A stretch of DNA of 62,359 bases, the filler included, from Dugesia japonica (taxonomy: Eukaryota): the NCBI GenBank assembly GCA_001938525.1. It is 4 parts of 4 records of this genome, joined end to end, with 100 filler letters (N's around TTAATTAATTAA, not from the genome) between each part and the next. Parts side by side here need not be neighbours in the genome. Positions count along the whole stretch, not along the records: positions 35,304 to 46,897 come from MQRL01614031.1; positions 46,998 to 62,359 come from MQRL01623656.1; 2 more parts are not named here. One strand, 5' to 3'. Within the stretch, counting starts at the first letter, position 1. The number at the start of each line of letters is the position of its first letter. The notes beneath the pieces were generated by a model that was not told where the DNA came from, did no database searches, and was given only the letters and a program-made list of their open reading frames with translations. The position numbers and the translations under genes were made by a program. Of this stretch, positions 39,535 through 53,070 are shown piece after piece.

Positions 39535-42500
39535 AGTTAAAAAACTTGAACTTTCCATAAGTATTTATTTTAAATAAAAACTATTTATTAATAATGAATT
39601 ATTTAAACAAATAATATCATTTAATTTTAAAAACTTAAAAATTTTATATCATTTTATAAATGATATATTACTGCTCTTTCTCTTTTAATTTTCATTATCA
39701 ATTTTCTTCAGCCATTCAAGTCTTCTGGGTTTAAGCTGTCCTGCATTATCTATAAGCACCTGATGTGGGCTTACAAATTTACTAATTTTGTAAGGACCCT
39801 CATACCCGGAACATTCTTTCTTTAACTTATGTAGTTCTACTTTCTCTAATACTCTCCCCCCTTCTTCAAAATGTCTGGACGTTTGCTTTTTACAGTTGTA
39901 TTTGTTTAGTCTTCGAGCTGCTTTCTGTAAATTTCATCTGCCAGTTTTTTCATTTCTTCGTGTTTTGAATTTCCTTCTTGTGGTAATCCATGTTAGACTA
40001 TTCTTCTTTCAAAGATAATTCCAAAAGGAGATAGAGCCGTCGATTTTTGTTGTGTTGCATTTATTAAAAACTGAGTTCGTGGAATCAATTTGTTCTAACC
40101 TAATTCTGTGCAGCCGTTTTTAATCGTGGTTGTCATCATATCTTGCAGTGTTCTGATATTTCTTTCTTCTAAACCATTTGATTACTGTTGATATGGGGAT
40201 GAAAATTCTTGTTGAATCTTAAACTTCTCTGCAAGTGACCACATTAACTTTCCTTCAAAAATCTTTGCTCTGCCAGTCAAAAATGATTTTGGCTTACCAA
40301 AACGATATATCCAGTTTTCTTTTATCGTCTTAACTACCAATGTTTCATCCTTTTTACTTGACGCTACGAATGACACTAACTTACTATACCTGTCAACTAT
40401 GACAAGAACATATTTACTTTTGGTTCTCACTCCTGGAAAGTAAGTGACATCCATGATAACTTATTCTAATGGTCCAAATTCTGTTCTTGGAATAAGAAAT
40501 TCCTTTGTTCGTCCAGTGTATGTTTTACGCATGTTACATATCATACATTTGTTTAGTTGATGTTCTACATTTCTTTGCATATTTGGCTAAAAATAACTTA
40601 CACTCAAACATTTTGTCAGTTTTTGACCTCCCACCTGACATAATTCATCGTGTATGAAATCTTTAAGATCGGGTATCGATTTTCATGCCAATACAAATCT
40701 TTTCGTGTCTCATTCATTGATTATCAGTATCTCATCATCCAACTCAAACTTTTCGAGTTTGGTAAAATACTTACTTCTGGTCACCATTGTGCTCAACTTA
40801 TCATTTACCATTCCACTTTCAATATATTCAATGATTTCTCTCGTTATTGGCTTGTTTCCTTGTAATTCTTTAATATGGCTTCTATCAAAGTTAGTTTTGT
40901 CTTAAGTGTTGATTCTTTTAACTCAAGATCGTTCCCATTTGGCATCTTGAAGTATAGTCTGACATTGCGAACAAAGAATTTCTCCTATCGTTGAAAGTCC
41001 ATCAGCATTTCCACGAGCTGCTCGTTTTTGGAATTTTAGATCAAAATTAAATTCTGCTGGATTTGTTATCTATGTTTGAAACTGAGAACTAATGGGCTTA
41101 CTAGTCTTTGTCATAAAGGTCAATGCTTTAGGATCCGTTCTTTCTTTAAATATTTTGCCATACAAATAATGTTTAAAATACATGATAAACTCATGCAGAG
41201 CTAACAATTCCTTGTGAGTAACACAATATCCTTTTTCGTGATTGTTTAAAGTTCGAGAACCATATGCTATAACCTTTACCAATCTATTATCCATTATATC
41301 ATTCAAACCCCCCAATTGCTCCAAAACTAGCATCTGTATCCAATAACATTTCTCCCCTATTATTTGGGAAAGTCAAAATCGGAGCACTACACAATTTTAT
41401 CTTCAAAGATTGAAAACAATCTTCACATTCTATTTTCTCCATTCAATGTTCTTTTCTTTTCCTGTCGTCGCTGTTTACAATGGTGCTGCAAGTAAAGCAT
41501 AATCTTTTATAAAACGACTGTAATAACTTGTTAATCCTAAGAACGCTCGTATTTGCGTGGCGCATTTTGGCGTTACGGCTTCTCAAATTTTTTTCGATAG
41601 TTTCATCATTTGTCTCTACATCTTTAGCGCTAATTATATGTCCTAAAAATTTCAGCTTCTTGGAATTTAACACACATTTACTTGGATTTATTTTTAAACC
41701 CACATCCAGATATACTTATTCTCCTTTGTACAACTTTCTTTCAAATATTTTATGCATCAAGCTTTGAAATGTTGCTGATACAGTACATAATCCGAAGGGC
41801 ATACGATCAAAATAAAATTGACCTATCTTTGTACTAAAAGCCGTCTTCAGTTTTAATTCTGCGCTTAGTTCAATTTTATTATATGCTTGCCCTAAATCTA
41901 AAGAAGAAAATAAAACTGATCCTTTAAGAGGATCTAATAATACTTGAATATCTGGAACTGGAAACGATTACTTTTCTGTAATTGAATTCAATTTTCCAAA
42001 CTCAAGACAAATTTTTATCGTCCCATCTTTCTTTGGTACAATTACCAATGGGGAATTCCATGGACTTGTGCAACGTCTGATAATATTTGATTTTCTCAGA
42101 TTTTCTAACTACTCGTCTATTTTATTTTTCAAGTGCATTGGCTGTCTTCTTGGGTTTATCATTATAGGACGTACTGTCGTTTCAATGTAATGTTGCATCA
42201 GTTTCGTATATCCAAGATCAAATTTTGATGACATAAATATATCTTTGTAGGTTTCTATTATTTTTCTTTATTCTTGACTGACATTATTTAAAGCATTAAA
42301 GTCATTTCTTACCCTTTCTGTATTATCGGTAAAGAGATTTTCATCGTTTGAGTTAATAAAATCAACTTCAATAATTCTCATTCCGAATAACTTCATATCA
42401 ATATCTCCGATAAATTTGGGAGAAATATTTCTGACAATTATTACTTCTTTCTCTTTTAGTTTCCAATTCCATTGTAATTTGAGTTTAGTTTTTTCGATAT

Positions 42501-44003
42501 ATTTTTCTCATTTTTCAGAAAAATCTCATGCTAGAACAATGTGTGACGACGATAAATCAGGTGACCTAATTCTTCTTCACACATCTGTACTAATGACTGA
42601 TATTGCTTCTCCTGAATCCCGCAATATCTCAATGTCATATCCATTACAACGCATCAAACTCTATTATCTTCCATCTCTTTTCTGAAACATTATATCATCA
42701 AACATAAATTTTTCATCTCTGAGTATTTTCTCTGTTATTGCCACCTCACGGAGTAGATGGATGCAATGAGTGGCTGATCGCTTTACTATCATCACAGTCT
42801 GAAGGAACATCGTGTATATATTCAAGTTGTTTATTACTGTAATATAACATCATCTTCTTCTGCAAAACACAAAATTTTCGGAAAAGTAGAATTTCTTATT
42901 CGAATTAATAGACAATCTCAAAAATTATGACCTTCTTTTCCACAAATTAAATTAATTTGTCTTTTAATGAACAATTCATTATTCTATGTCTTGTATCTCC
43001 ACAGCAGACACATGCTCCAAGTGCTAAAACGTCTTCGCATGGAGGATTCTTTCCTTTGGCTTGACAATGAAGCTTCTTGGCTGTAAACTTCATCGAGTAT
43101 CGAGAAAAACTATTGTTTTGGGCCCGTCTTTGGGTATGAATTTTATTTGCACAATACTGATTCTCTTTGAAAACAATTGGTCGACGTTTTGTACTTTTAT
43201 CGTTTTGAGTATTCATTCGTGGATAAGTTTTTGAAAACATTGACTGATAATCATCTTTCTTCACTGTATGTGCAAAGCTGTTTTTACCACATTAACAGAA
43301 TATGTAGGTATCAATTTATCCAAATTGCTAGCTAATTCTAGTCTTTGAATATCAGTAATTTCTGGTTGAAGAACAAAAGAAACTTTCAATTTTTTGCTTC
43401 TTATAATATTAATTACAAACATTGTTGCAAGTTCATTTAGAGTTTTTTTACTCGCAAAAACTTCATTTACTATTTTTCAGACCCTTAACTCGAAAGTGCG
43501 ATATTTTTCATTTGGTTTTGTTTGATCTTCGACAAAAGTGTTATTTTATCTACCAGTGTCTCTGAAATCACAAATTACTCACGAAACCATTTTTCGCAGA
43601 CCTCGTTCGTCAAAATTATATCTTCTTTGCATTTTCCATTCATAATTCTTTCGCATCTCGTCTTATTAACATATCAAACGCGAATGATAGCTCCATTTGA
43701 CGCAGCAAATTCTTTTGTCGGTTGAATCTATTCATCAGCATCTTCAGATGAACCCTCGAAAAAACTTGGTTTTGGGATAAGAAATTCTTGTGTTGAAGAT
43801 GGCAAATATGAAAATATTTTGGCGATCATCCTTTTATTTTTTAACCAGTACGCTTATTTTGGTGTGGTCGTCAGTTAAAAGACTTGAACTTTCCATAAGT
43901 ATTTATTTAAAATAAAAACTATTTAAAAATTATTTAAACAAATAATATCATTTAATTTTAACAAATTTAAAACTTTATATCATTTTATAAATGATATATA
44001 ACT
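39535..44003 (-). mobile_element. Full-length degenerate Gypsy with ~135-bp AGT...ACT LTRs
   Basis: LTRs 39535-39672 and 43873-44003; PBS-like TGACGACCAC (1 mismatch to the TGGCGACCAC tRNA-Arg type) overlapping the LTR end; purine tract; gag with CVCCGDTRHRIMNC knuckle; RT, RNase H and integrase remnants. Confidence 0.92.
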
Positions 44004-44399
44004 TTTTGATATATAACATTTTGATCGAAGCTTTTATTTTAATGAATTCTGAAAAACGATCAATGGTTATGTCCAACAATTATTCTCGCAATAATTGAAA
44101 TTATAAAATGATATGTATAATAAAAATAGCTAAAATTACTTTCTCTCATATAAATTAAATAAACATAATAATAAACATAATAAACATATGAATTCACCAT
44201 TGAAATAAATTGATTGTTGCCAAAATTAAAGAATTCTATATGTATATTTCGTTTATTTACATTATTTTTATATTGTTCTTCAGCGTAAATTTTAATTGTA
44301 AAAATTAGGTATTTCAAAATTTCATAAAGGAGAAATTTTTGAAATCTATTTAGTTTTTTTTAAAAATGGTAAAATGAAAAATAAAAAAGGATCTTTTTT

Positions 44400-45670
44400 A
44401 ATAATGACCCCAGGGGTAGAATTTTAACATGTCTTTATAAGGTCATTTTTTGAATAGGTTTAATTTTACGGTCAAACCTTTAATATGTATTTTTGGAATG
44501 TTTAATTTTAGGGTCATTTTTTAACATGAATTATATACATTAAAATTTTTAAAAAATATGTATTTTTAGTGTTATTTTAATTTAATATTAATTTAATATT
44601 TTTAACACGTGATTTAAAAATTACTATAAATGATTTGTTATAATAAATAGTAATTTTAAATAGCAATGAACTTGTCAACTTATTATGAGGAAAAGATATG
44701 AGTCTTGCTGAGAGGCACTTTAGAAGAACTTATATAGTTCTATAAATCAAAGGAGTTATTGGTTTCATTAATGCAGTGTAAGTACAGTGAGATTAAGATG
44801 GATTTGTATGGGAATGCCAAAATACACATTGTAGTCACTATAAGATTACAACATTTTTCATTTTTTGTTAGTTTCACAATCGATCTTAAAACTTGTTTGG
44901 AGATTTTATATTGATGGGCAGTTGAAGAGAGTATTTGTCAGATTAAAAATCGATATCGATTGCGCCATCTACCATAATTAAAATCTTCAAACGGTTGAGA
45001 ACCTATGTCTCCAACTATTTTCTTAGGCATCTAATTAAATTTGTAGGAGAAAATGTTGTTTTTCAAATTGTCGAAAGCTTATTTTGTTATAAGCTTTTGT
45101 TATAAGGTATCGTCGAGGCAGGGTTTCAGATTCTCAAATATGGTTGTTTGGAATTGTAGATTACAGTTATGTTCCAGCTAAAGAATTTATGCAGGTGGTA
45201 CCTGATAGAAAAGCTGATACTTTATTGAAAATTGTTACTAAGAAATTCCAGGTAGCAAGTTCCATAACGAGGAGTTGAGAGCTTATTGTTCTCTTGCTAC
45301 TTTGGGATATGTACACTTGACAGATAATCATAAAATGAACTTTATTAACCCTCAAACAGGAGCTCAAACCTAGAATATTGAATCATATTTGAATAAACAA
45401 AAATCGTGTTGTAAAAATATGCGAGGAATTATAAAAGAATATTTACAAGGTTATCTTAACGAATTTATGTAGCGTGACAATGTCATTGAAAATCCATTGG
45501 AGAAATTTTTTGAGGTAATAAAAGAAAATTGGAATAAACAAATTGAAATGAATAAAGTTGTTCGTTAAAAAAATGTGTTCTTGAAACGTGTAATTTTAGG
45601 GTCATCTTTTAAACTTGTGTAATTTTAAGGTCATTTACTGGAATTGTACACTTTTGGAGACATTTTTACA
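44400..45670 (+). mobile_element. Merlin (IS1595/IS1016-like) DNA transposon relic
   Basis: VVFQIVESLF...YRRGR...WLFGIVD...VPDRKADTLL...NHKMNFINPQTGAQT*NIES...YLNEFM*R; ggtcatttt subterminal repeats on both sides. Confidence 0.85.
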
Positions 45671-46555
45671 TATGATCCATAAAAAAGGCAAATTTATTTA
45701 AAAAATTGATTTTATTTATTTATATTTTAGATTTGACTAAATTTTAATACGGACACACATGGTAATTATGATTTAACTATTCAATCCACAACGATCGATT
45801 TCAATCGATGTTGTCATTTTTTTTTCAATGAAGTTATTCAGTTTTATCAATATAAGTTTCTAATTTGGTTCTTTTTAATCTTAACTCATATTTCTGCTAA
45901 TTTTGATTTTCTTTGTTTCTTTTATGGATTTGATATTTTCCTGCTGATATTTACAGCTATTTCTGATGGTGATGTTCCATTTCTGTTTGCTTTGTAAACG
46001 TTCTCCTCTTTTTGTTAGTTTCAGTTACTTTTATAAATCAGATCTGTAACAAATTACAAATTGTTGTTTTAGATTCTTGATTTTATTTGATAGTTTTAAT
46101 ATATTTTCTTTTCATGACGTTTCATTCCACAGTTTCTTTTCAATAGGTTTTCTTTTTTCTGATTTTTAATGTTTTATTTTTGTAAGTTTTATTTGTTTTC
46201 TTCATTTAAATCAACTAAGATAAGACGTTTGATTCAATACTTTATTTAAAATACAAATAATTCGTTTTTAAAATTCTTATTGCTTTTCAAACGCTACTTT
46301 CAACACTTGTCTTTCCAAATTTATATTTTTAAATAAAAATAAACTTAAACAAATTTATTATATTTTTTAAAAATATACTTTGCAAAAATAAAACTTTCGA
46401 ATTTAAAATAATTTAAAAATAAAACGATAAAATCAAATTATTAAACGTTTCACTAAATATTTACGAATTTTTAAAATTACCTATTAATTTTAATAATTAT
46501 TATTTTATTATTGATATTCCGATTTTTTATTTATTTCTGTAAATTTTACTTTGTA

Positions 46556-46810
46556 AGTAGGTAGATAGTGGTGCACTGGAACAAAGACATTTTTCGAACC
46601 CCTCCCCTCTGAGAAAATTTTTTTCTAGGCGAATTTTTTTTTCTGGTTGTGGCGCACTGGAACAAAAACTTTCCAACCCCCCCCCCCAACAGAAAAAATT
46701 TTTTCAGGTCGATTTTTTTTTAAAATTTTTTTTTGATTTTTTTAAAAATTTTTTTTTTAGTTTTTTATTTTTTAAAAATTTTTTTTTAAAATTTTTTTTT
46801 CGGAAAGGCA
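46556..46810. mobile_element. Isolated Maverick terminus
   Basis: AGTAGGTAGATAGTGGTGCACTGGAAC followed by C-tracts and A/T runs; matches the 32579 and 49156 termini. Confidence 0.7.
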
Positions 46811-46997
46811 ACAAAATTGATCTGGTTGGATGCGCAATGAGACGGTTGACAAGATGGTGTCTTTAAATTTGTAATCGGTTTCATAGGTCAAAAGGTANNN
46901 NNNNNNNNNNNNNNNNNNNNNNNNNNNNNNNNNNNNNNNNNTTAATTAATTAANNNNNNNNNNNNNNNNNNNNNNNNNNNNNNNNNNNNNNNNNNNN

Positions 46998-47060
<63 letters not shown>

Positions 47061-47067
47061 TATAATA
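46998..47067. repeat. (AAT)n microsatellite
   Basis: Direct reading. Confidence 0.95.
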
Positions 47068-47069
47068 AC

Positions 47070-48145
47070 TGATTGAAACTTATTACCGAATTAACTCACT
47101 TTCTATTGGTTAAAAATATCAAATAATAATTAGTTCCTTATATCCCCCTTCTTAAGAAACTTCTAAGTTTTTTCACATTTCTTTCTAATCACTGTTTATT
47201 TTCTCAATTATTCGATAAGGTTCTTCAAATCTTTCTTGAATTTTATTTCTAGTTTCTATCTTGATGAGTACGAAATCGCGCACTTTGAATTCTCTATTTG
47301 TATTCCCATTAAAAATGTTTTCTTTAGTTTAATCTGAAATGTCTGACGGGTACCAATTTTCTCAGCTAATCTTCTTTCCAAATACGATCTCAGTTTGGCT
47401 CATTCCAGTCGTCTTTTGTTTTATTGCGTTCATTGTTAATTCTATTTCTGGTAAAAGATCTGCCCAATCTGTTGTCTTTCTTTCCTGAAGTGTTGCATTA
47501 ATCAAATCTCGAATTGTNNNNNNNNNNNNNNNNNNNNNNNNNTTTGCATTATGATGATAGGGACTCGAAAAGCAAAGTTTAATATCTAGCTTCTGTGCAA
47601 ACTCTCTCATAACTCTGGATTCAAAAGTTTTTCCAAAATCGAGTCTTATTTCTCTTGGACATCCAAATCTCAATATCCACTTTTCAAAAATAGCTTTTCT
47701 TATTGTATCCTCGTCTTGTCTAATCAATGGTATAATAACCAAATATTTACTGTACTGGTCGATTATTCCAAGAATGTATTTTTATCGTCCACTTGTTTCC
47801 CGCATTGGCCCACATATATCTGTGAATATCACTTCAAATTCCACCAATTCCACAACTACGAACTATCTTATGTATTTGGATCCACAAATTCTTCGCAATG
47901 TATTTGTTTCTCATGTATTCGTACACGTTCTCAACTCCTGCATGACATAATAATTTATGTATTTCTTCTATTGTCTCCGAAATTTTTATTTTCTTGATTA
48001 AATCTGTTTCCTCAGAAATGTTTAATTGCTCTTATTTTTCCTTTTCAATCAGGTTCAGTATTCTCGTTTTAATCTTCCCTTTCTTGGCATCTTCATGTGA
48101 CATTTGAAATTGTACATATACCTCACATCTTGGTCTAGATAACAG
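47070..48145 (-). mobile_element. Gypsy integrase fragment with polypurine tract
   Basis: WILRFGCPREIRLDFGKTFES...SSPYHHNA...WADLLPEIE...TTGMS; AAGAAGGGGGA tract at ~47142-47153. Confidence 0.88.
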
Positions 48146-48149
48146 TACC

Positions 48150-49150
48150 ACACGTAATCATACGCTGCGAAAAACCAAACCCTGTTTCAGGTTAGAAAAT
48201 CCTCCCCAGGCCTAAACATGTCCTGGTTTGGACAGCTTGAAGCTGTAATAAAAATTAACAAAAAGAGAAGAAAAAGAAGATTGCGCAAGGAAATATCGGG
48301 ATTTCTCTTGACCCTAATTAGTTTCATTCACATCAGACATGTCGGCAATCGAGTTCTGTTATTTCCATACTGCCAGCCTGTCCGATGTGGAATTGCCAAT
48401 TTTTGCTTGACCAGGCTATGCATTTCTGGATCGAGGCAAGTGCGAATTTTTTAATTGTGTTTACGCGGAACCCAACCTGTTTGAGCACAGGCTCATTCTC
48501 TACACACCACGATCCAAAACATCAAAATTGAGATCGTCTCAAGGGTGACTTTCCAAGCTGGCAAGTTCTTTTGGATGTCCTCCTTGAGTGGTATGTATTT
48601 CGCAATGTTTGAGTCCCTCGCTAATTTTAGGTTACTGGATGTATCATAATGGGTTTTAAAATCCAGTAATATTATTCGCTTTCCCTTGCTATTGATTAGT
48701 TGCAAGTCAACGCGATCAGTCCTATTAACAAGGTCACACTTCTGATCGACGATGACTTTATAGCAAGTGTTGGCTCTAATAAGCCTGGCGACTAGATCAA
48801 GCACGTCATTGTGTCGCCCAGATTTAAAAGCTGATGAAGGGTGCAATGGCACAGGACATGTGCTTGCGATTCCAAGTGGTAGTCACACTTCCGACAGGAT
48901 TTGAATGACATCCCATGGTTGCTACCTACCGGAAGTGTGCTAGTTCTAGCACGGTGAATAAAACGTCATTGCTCAGATTTAATAGAGCCATCATATAAAG
49001 GCTTCGTGGACAGTGGGGATGCCCCAATCGCAGTGGAAAGCGATCCAGCTTTCAACAAGGCATTCCATTTGCTTGTTCGTGCCCAACTAAGAAGACCGTA
49101 AAGCAGTTTAGTGATGTTGAATTCTTTTTCCATATTCCAAAATCATAGTA
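48150..49150 (-). mobile_element. 3' part of an RLE-type (R2/NeSL/R4-like) non-LTR retrotransposon
   Basis: RARTSTLP...CRKC...ESQAHVL.C knuckle, RHNDVL, RVDLQLI...ILLDFKT (PD-(D/E)xK), KYIPL; GC-richer 3' UTR. Confidence 0.85.
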
Positions 49151-50692
49151 GGAATAGTAGGTAGATAGCAGCACCAAGAAACAAGCACATTTTTGAGGGG
49201 ACCCCCTCCCCCTCCCCTGGGGACTCCGAAACACAGACTGTACTAAGAATTTTTGTGCTAAGATTTTTTGGTTATTTTTTTCTTTCTAAGATTTTTGGGA
49301 TCAAAAAATGTTTGATCGGATCATATTTTTTTGATCCTGGAAGTGTGTGTGTGTATTTTTAAATTTAAAATTTGTGTGTGTTTTGGTTGCTAAGGCGGTT
49401 TTTAAAAAGTAGGTCAAATTGAGTTTGTGTATGTGGTTGTGTAAGTGAAAGAAGGAATTTGGACTCGAGTAGGAGCTGGAGATCTTGGAAATAATTTTTT
49501 TAATGTTTTTAAGATTTGCTTGTTGTTGGGCAAAAATTTGGTCTATATATTGTTTAAATGACTTATGAGGTTGGATGTATGGTTTGTCCTAGAAGTGTGG
49601 TAGCGCCAAGAATCAGTGGTATGAGTTATCGTGGGGTTGTAGGTTTGTATCTGGTCAATGGATTTTGTTGGTTGATGTGTTGTTGAAGAATTAATGTGAT
49701 GGAGAAGATTTTTTATGTCGAATGGGCTTTGATTTTTTATTTTAATGGCTTTAATTTGTTTGATTGATTTTTGTAAGTAGTAAAAGTGTGTTAAAAAAAT
49801 TTTCGGGACGAGGAGAGTGGTATGTGTGGAAAAAGAATTAATTATTAGATTTTTCAATAATTATTTGAAATTTTTCTGTTGGGGGTGTATGTCGTCATAA
49901 TCTTTTGAAATCTTTATTTTAGTTNNNNNNNNNNNNNNNNNNNNNNNNTGATGAATTTGATGAAAGTAATGGCATTTTAATGTATTTGATGTATTTTTGA
50001 GTATTTTTGACTGGGAAGTGTGTTTTCATATTGTTTGAGCAGGGAAGAGGGAAGTCTTGTTATTTTTTGTTGGTAATATAAAATAATTTTTGGAAGGAAA
50101 TTTAAAAATTTTTTTTTGGTGGTAAATTCAAAAATTTATTTTTGCATGGGAAATTAAAATTTTCTTGAGCAGACTTTATATTTATGTATAAGATGGAGCA
50201 GTCTTGATATTTAACATGGGGAGTTTCTATATTTAGTAACGAAGAGTTTCTATATTTAGCATGGTATGGGGCAGTCTCTATATTTATCATGTGATGGGCA
50301 GACTTGATATTTTGCATGGGATGAGGTAGTCTAAAATTCATAGGCAATTTCTAATAGAAAATATCATTACCGATGCAATTTTTAATAAAAAATCTCATTA
50401 ATGATGCAGTTTTCTATAAAAACAACTTAATAAAAACATGCATTTTTTTTCTATAAAAAACATATTAAAATGAGAACATTTCTTTGAACAAAATGATAAA
50501 AAAACATAGAACTGTTTCCATAAAAATCATAAATTCATGGAACCTTTCCATATATAACTAATAAGTCTATGTAAAAAACTTATAAGAAAATATTTTTATG
50601 AGTTGCAAAAAGAAGTGGAAAGAAGCTGCAAATAAGGAATAGAAAAACGATTATAAACAAATAAATGGTATGTATTATTTTAATAAATAAAG

Positions 50693-51015
50693 ATGAAATT
50701 ACAAAGAAGCATTCCGTTTTTTACAGCTTTGATTAAATCATCAAAACCATTTAGAATGAGAATTATACAATCATTCCCACCATATGTTATAGATGATTTA
50801 CTTGAAATTATAATAAATATTGTTCGTGGTAATGCAGATTTGAGTGCAGCCAAAAAGAAAACATTGAAGAAACATAAAAAAAAACTTTATTAACTCTTAT
50901 AAACACAAAAAATATAAAATCAATGAGACGAGTAATGAACAATCAAGATGGTGGTTTTATAGTAGCATTGTTACCAATTGCATTAGCTGCATTAGACTTA
51001 GCTCATTTCAAATAA
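50693..51015 (+). pseudogene. Maverick small basic protein (PW/cupiennin-like), frameshifted
   Basis: ...LLEIIINIVRGNADLSAAKKKTLKKHKK/...NQDGGFIVALLPIALAAL, a typical small basic Polinton ORF. Confidence 0.75.
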
Positions 51016-51119
51016 ACAATGGTTGACTGGAATATTACTAATTACAATAGAATTAACTCAAATGAACAATGGGTGAATTGCAATCATTACCTAACTTGGA
51101 ACTGAAATTTGCATCAAAT

Positions 51120-51450
51120 TGTTGTAATGGAGACAAAAATGAAGACAATATAGACAGATCCAAAAACCCCAGCAGGTTTTTGAGGAGTAGAAAAATTGAT
51201 GAAAGCAGATCAAAAAACGAAAGGTCAGACGAAAAAGTGGTTATCTGTTCATCTAGTGTACAGTCTGAACAAGCCAATGTTGAAAATATTTCCAATAAGA
51301 GTATATAAAGCTTATGGTATTGAGGATTTATGGTAAATGTATCTAATTGAAATGAGTAATAAATTTTACAAGTATATTTTTGTCTTTTATCGTTGTATTC
51401 ATTAGATTTACAAGAGCTGTTCCATTTTAATCAAAGGGTCCTGAAAGAAT
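51120..51450 (+). pseudogene. Maverick integrase N-terminal remnant
   Basis: I*TDPKTPAGF*GVEKL...KKWLS...YSLNKP...FPIR...GIEDLW*MYLIEM...YKYI. Confidence 0.75.
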
Positions 51451-51539
51451 AAACAATATTGTGTAAAATGATATGAATACGAAAACCAATTTGAATAGTA
51501 GCAGCACAAATAAAATAACAAGACAAAAGTTTAGATTAA

Positions 51540-52580
51540 ATCAAATAATTTCTATACACTTTTACCTAGTAATAGTAGTCACTTAGTTCATCCAAATATC
51601 ACTGCTAGTAATTACATTGTTGAGCTTCAAAACCCAATTTACATGGATGGTAGTTGGGAAGTAGCTTTGATGGATTTCACCTTTGAATATTCAGCTATGC
51701 CGATTTACAGTCAATCTAGGATTGATTGTGAATTATTTACAATAATTGAGAAGGAATTAATACTTGATATTAACAATAAAGAAAAAAGTTCTTTTAACTG
51801 TTAATTCTCAAGACAAATATAAAAGTAACAAGGAAACAGTTATACAATAATCGAAAGAAAATGTTTTTTTGTCTTTACTAGTGGTATTACATACCACAGC
51901 TTATTATTTGAAAATCAGGAAACTATAAAGAGATTTTTATATTTTAGTGGTGAATTTGAAAGAACGGATATTAAATTAGTTTTTGATGCAAGTAAAAATT
52001 TTGGAGATAAAACATTTTTTCTTGGCTTTTAACACTTTAAAAACGATGAATCCATTGAAAAAATAAAAATTAAATATTGTAACTAAACATTCTTTTCAAT
52101 TCGAATCTGAATTGTATATAAAGGATTTAAATCAACTAAATGACTATTTTAAGAAACACATTCTAAAGTTATTTAAAACTTTTTCATTAAAGCAAGATTA
52201 AATATTTGAATTTACATTAGCAAATAGAACTAAAAGTGTTAAATTTGATAAAATCTTAACAAAAACCTTAGGATTAAATGAATCGCAATATACTCAAATA
52301 CAATTTAATGATAAACAACTACTATATAAAAGTAATAAGAAACCTATAATATTAAAGTGTCATAATGAAATGTTCATCTATTGTAGTATTGTTGAACCCA
52401 TAATTGTGGAGATTTTAATGTTCCTTTATTGAAAGCAGTATGGATAGAATAACATGATAATGATGATGTAGTTCAAATAGTTGTTGATCATCCCATGTAT
52501 TTACATATTTCTTCATCATATATAAACAATATAGAAATCAATATACGTGATGATAGTGGAAAACTAGCCAACTTTGCTNN
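51540..52580 (+). pseudogene. Maverick minor capsid (penton/PX) protein
   Basis: FYTLLPSNSS...PNITASNYIVELQNPIYMDGSWEVALMDF at the N-terminus; MFIYCSIVEPIIVGD..VPLL...PMYL...IEINIRDDSGK at the C-terminus. Confidence 0.85.
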
Positions 52581-52624
52581 NNNNNNNNNNNNNNNNNNNN
52601 NNNNNNNNNNNNNNNNNNNNNNNA

Positions 52625-53070
52625 ATGAACCCTGATATTGTATCATTGTATAGTACTAGTCAAGCAGGTGGAGAATTACCTTACTTTCTTGGAAAACAGT
52701 ATGGATCTGGGTGGTTACGAACAATAGAGAGGTTTACTTTGCCCATTCTTAGACGTATTGGTTCTTTTGGTATGAAAATAGCACAGGATGTACTAGCTAA
52801 TGATGGAAAAATACTACCCACATTGAAATCAAATGCATTAGCTGAACTTGGAAATGTAGTTTTTTCCTTACCTAGTGGAGTTAACAGTATGATTCCAAAG
52901 ATAGCAGGTATATTACCAAAAGTTATAACTAATAAAATACAATCTGAAATAACTAATATGCTATCAAATCAAGTACAAACACCACAAAATAGTAGAAAAC
53001 TTAAGAAATCTCATGGTTCACGTATAAACAAACGAATGAAATCCGTACATGGAACAATATTTGAAAAAGG
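52625..53070 (+). CDS. Maverick Gly-motif core protein (PZ/GasX-type)
   Basis: Y..SQAGGELPYFLGKQYGSGW...RF.LPILR...AQDVL; basic C-terminus; lies between the minor and major capsid genes. Confidence 0.7.

Noticed and set aside
50102-50347. Repeat-peptide ORFs (NIKSA/NIETP), also 56451-56876 and 49543-49857
   Set aside because: They lie inside the Maverick TIRs and result from translating short DNA tandem repeats or non-coding TIR sequence.
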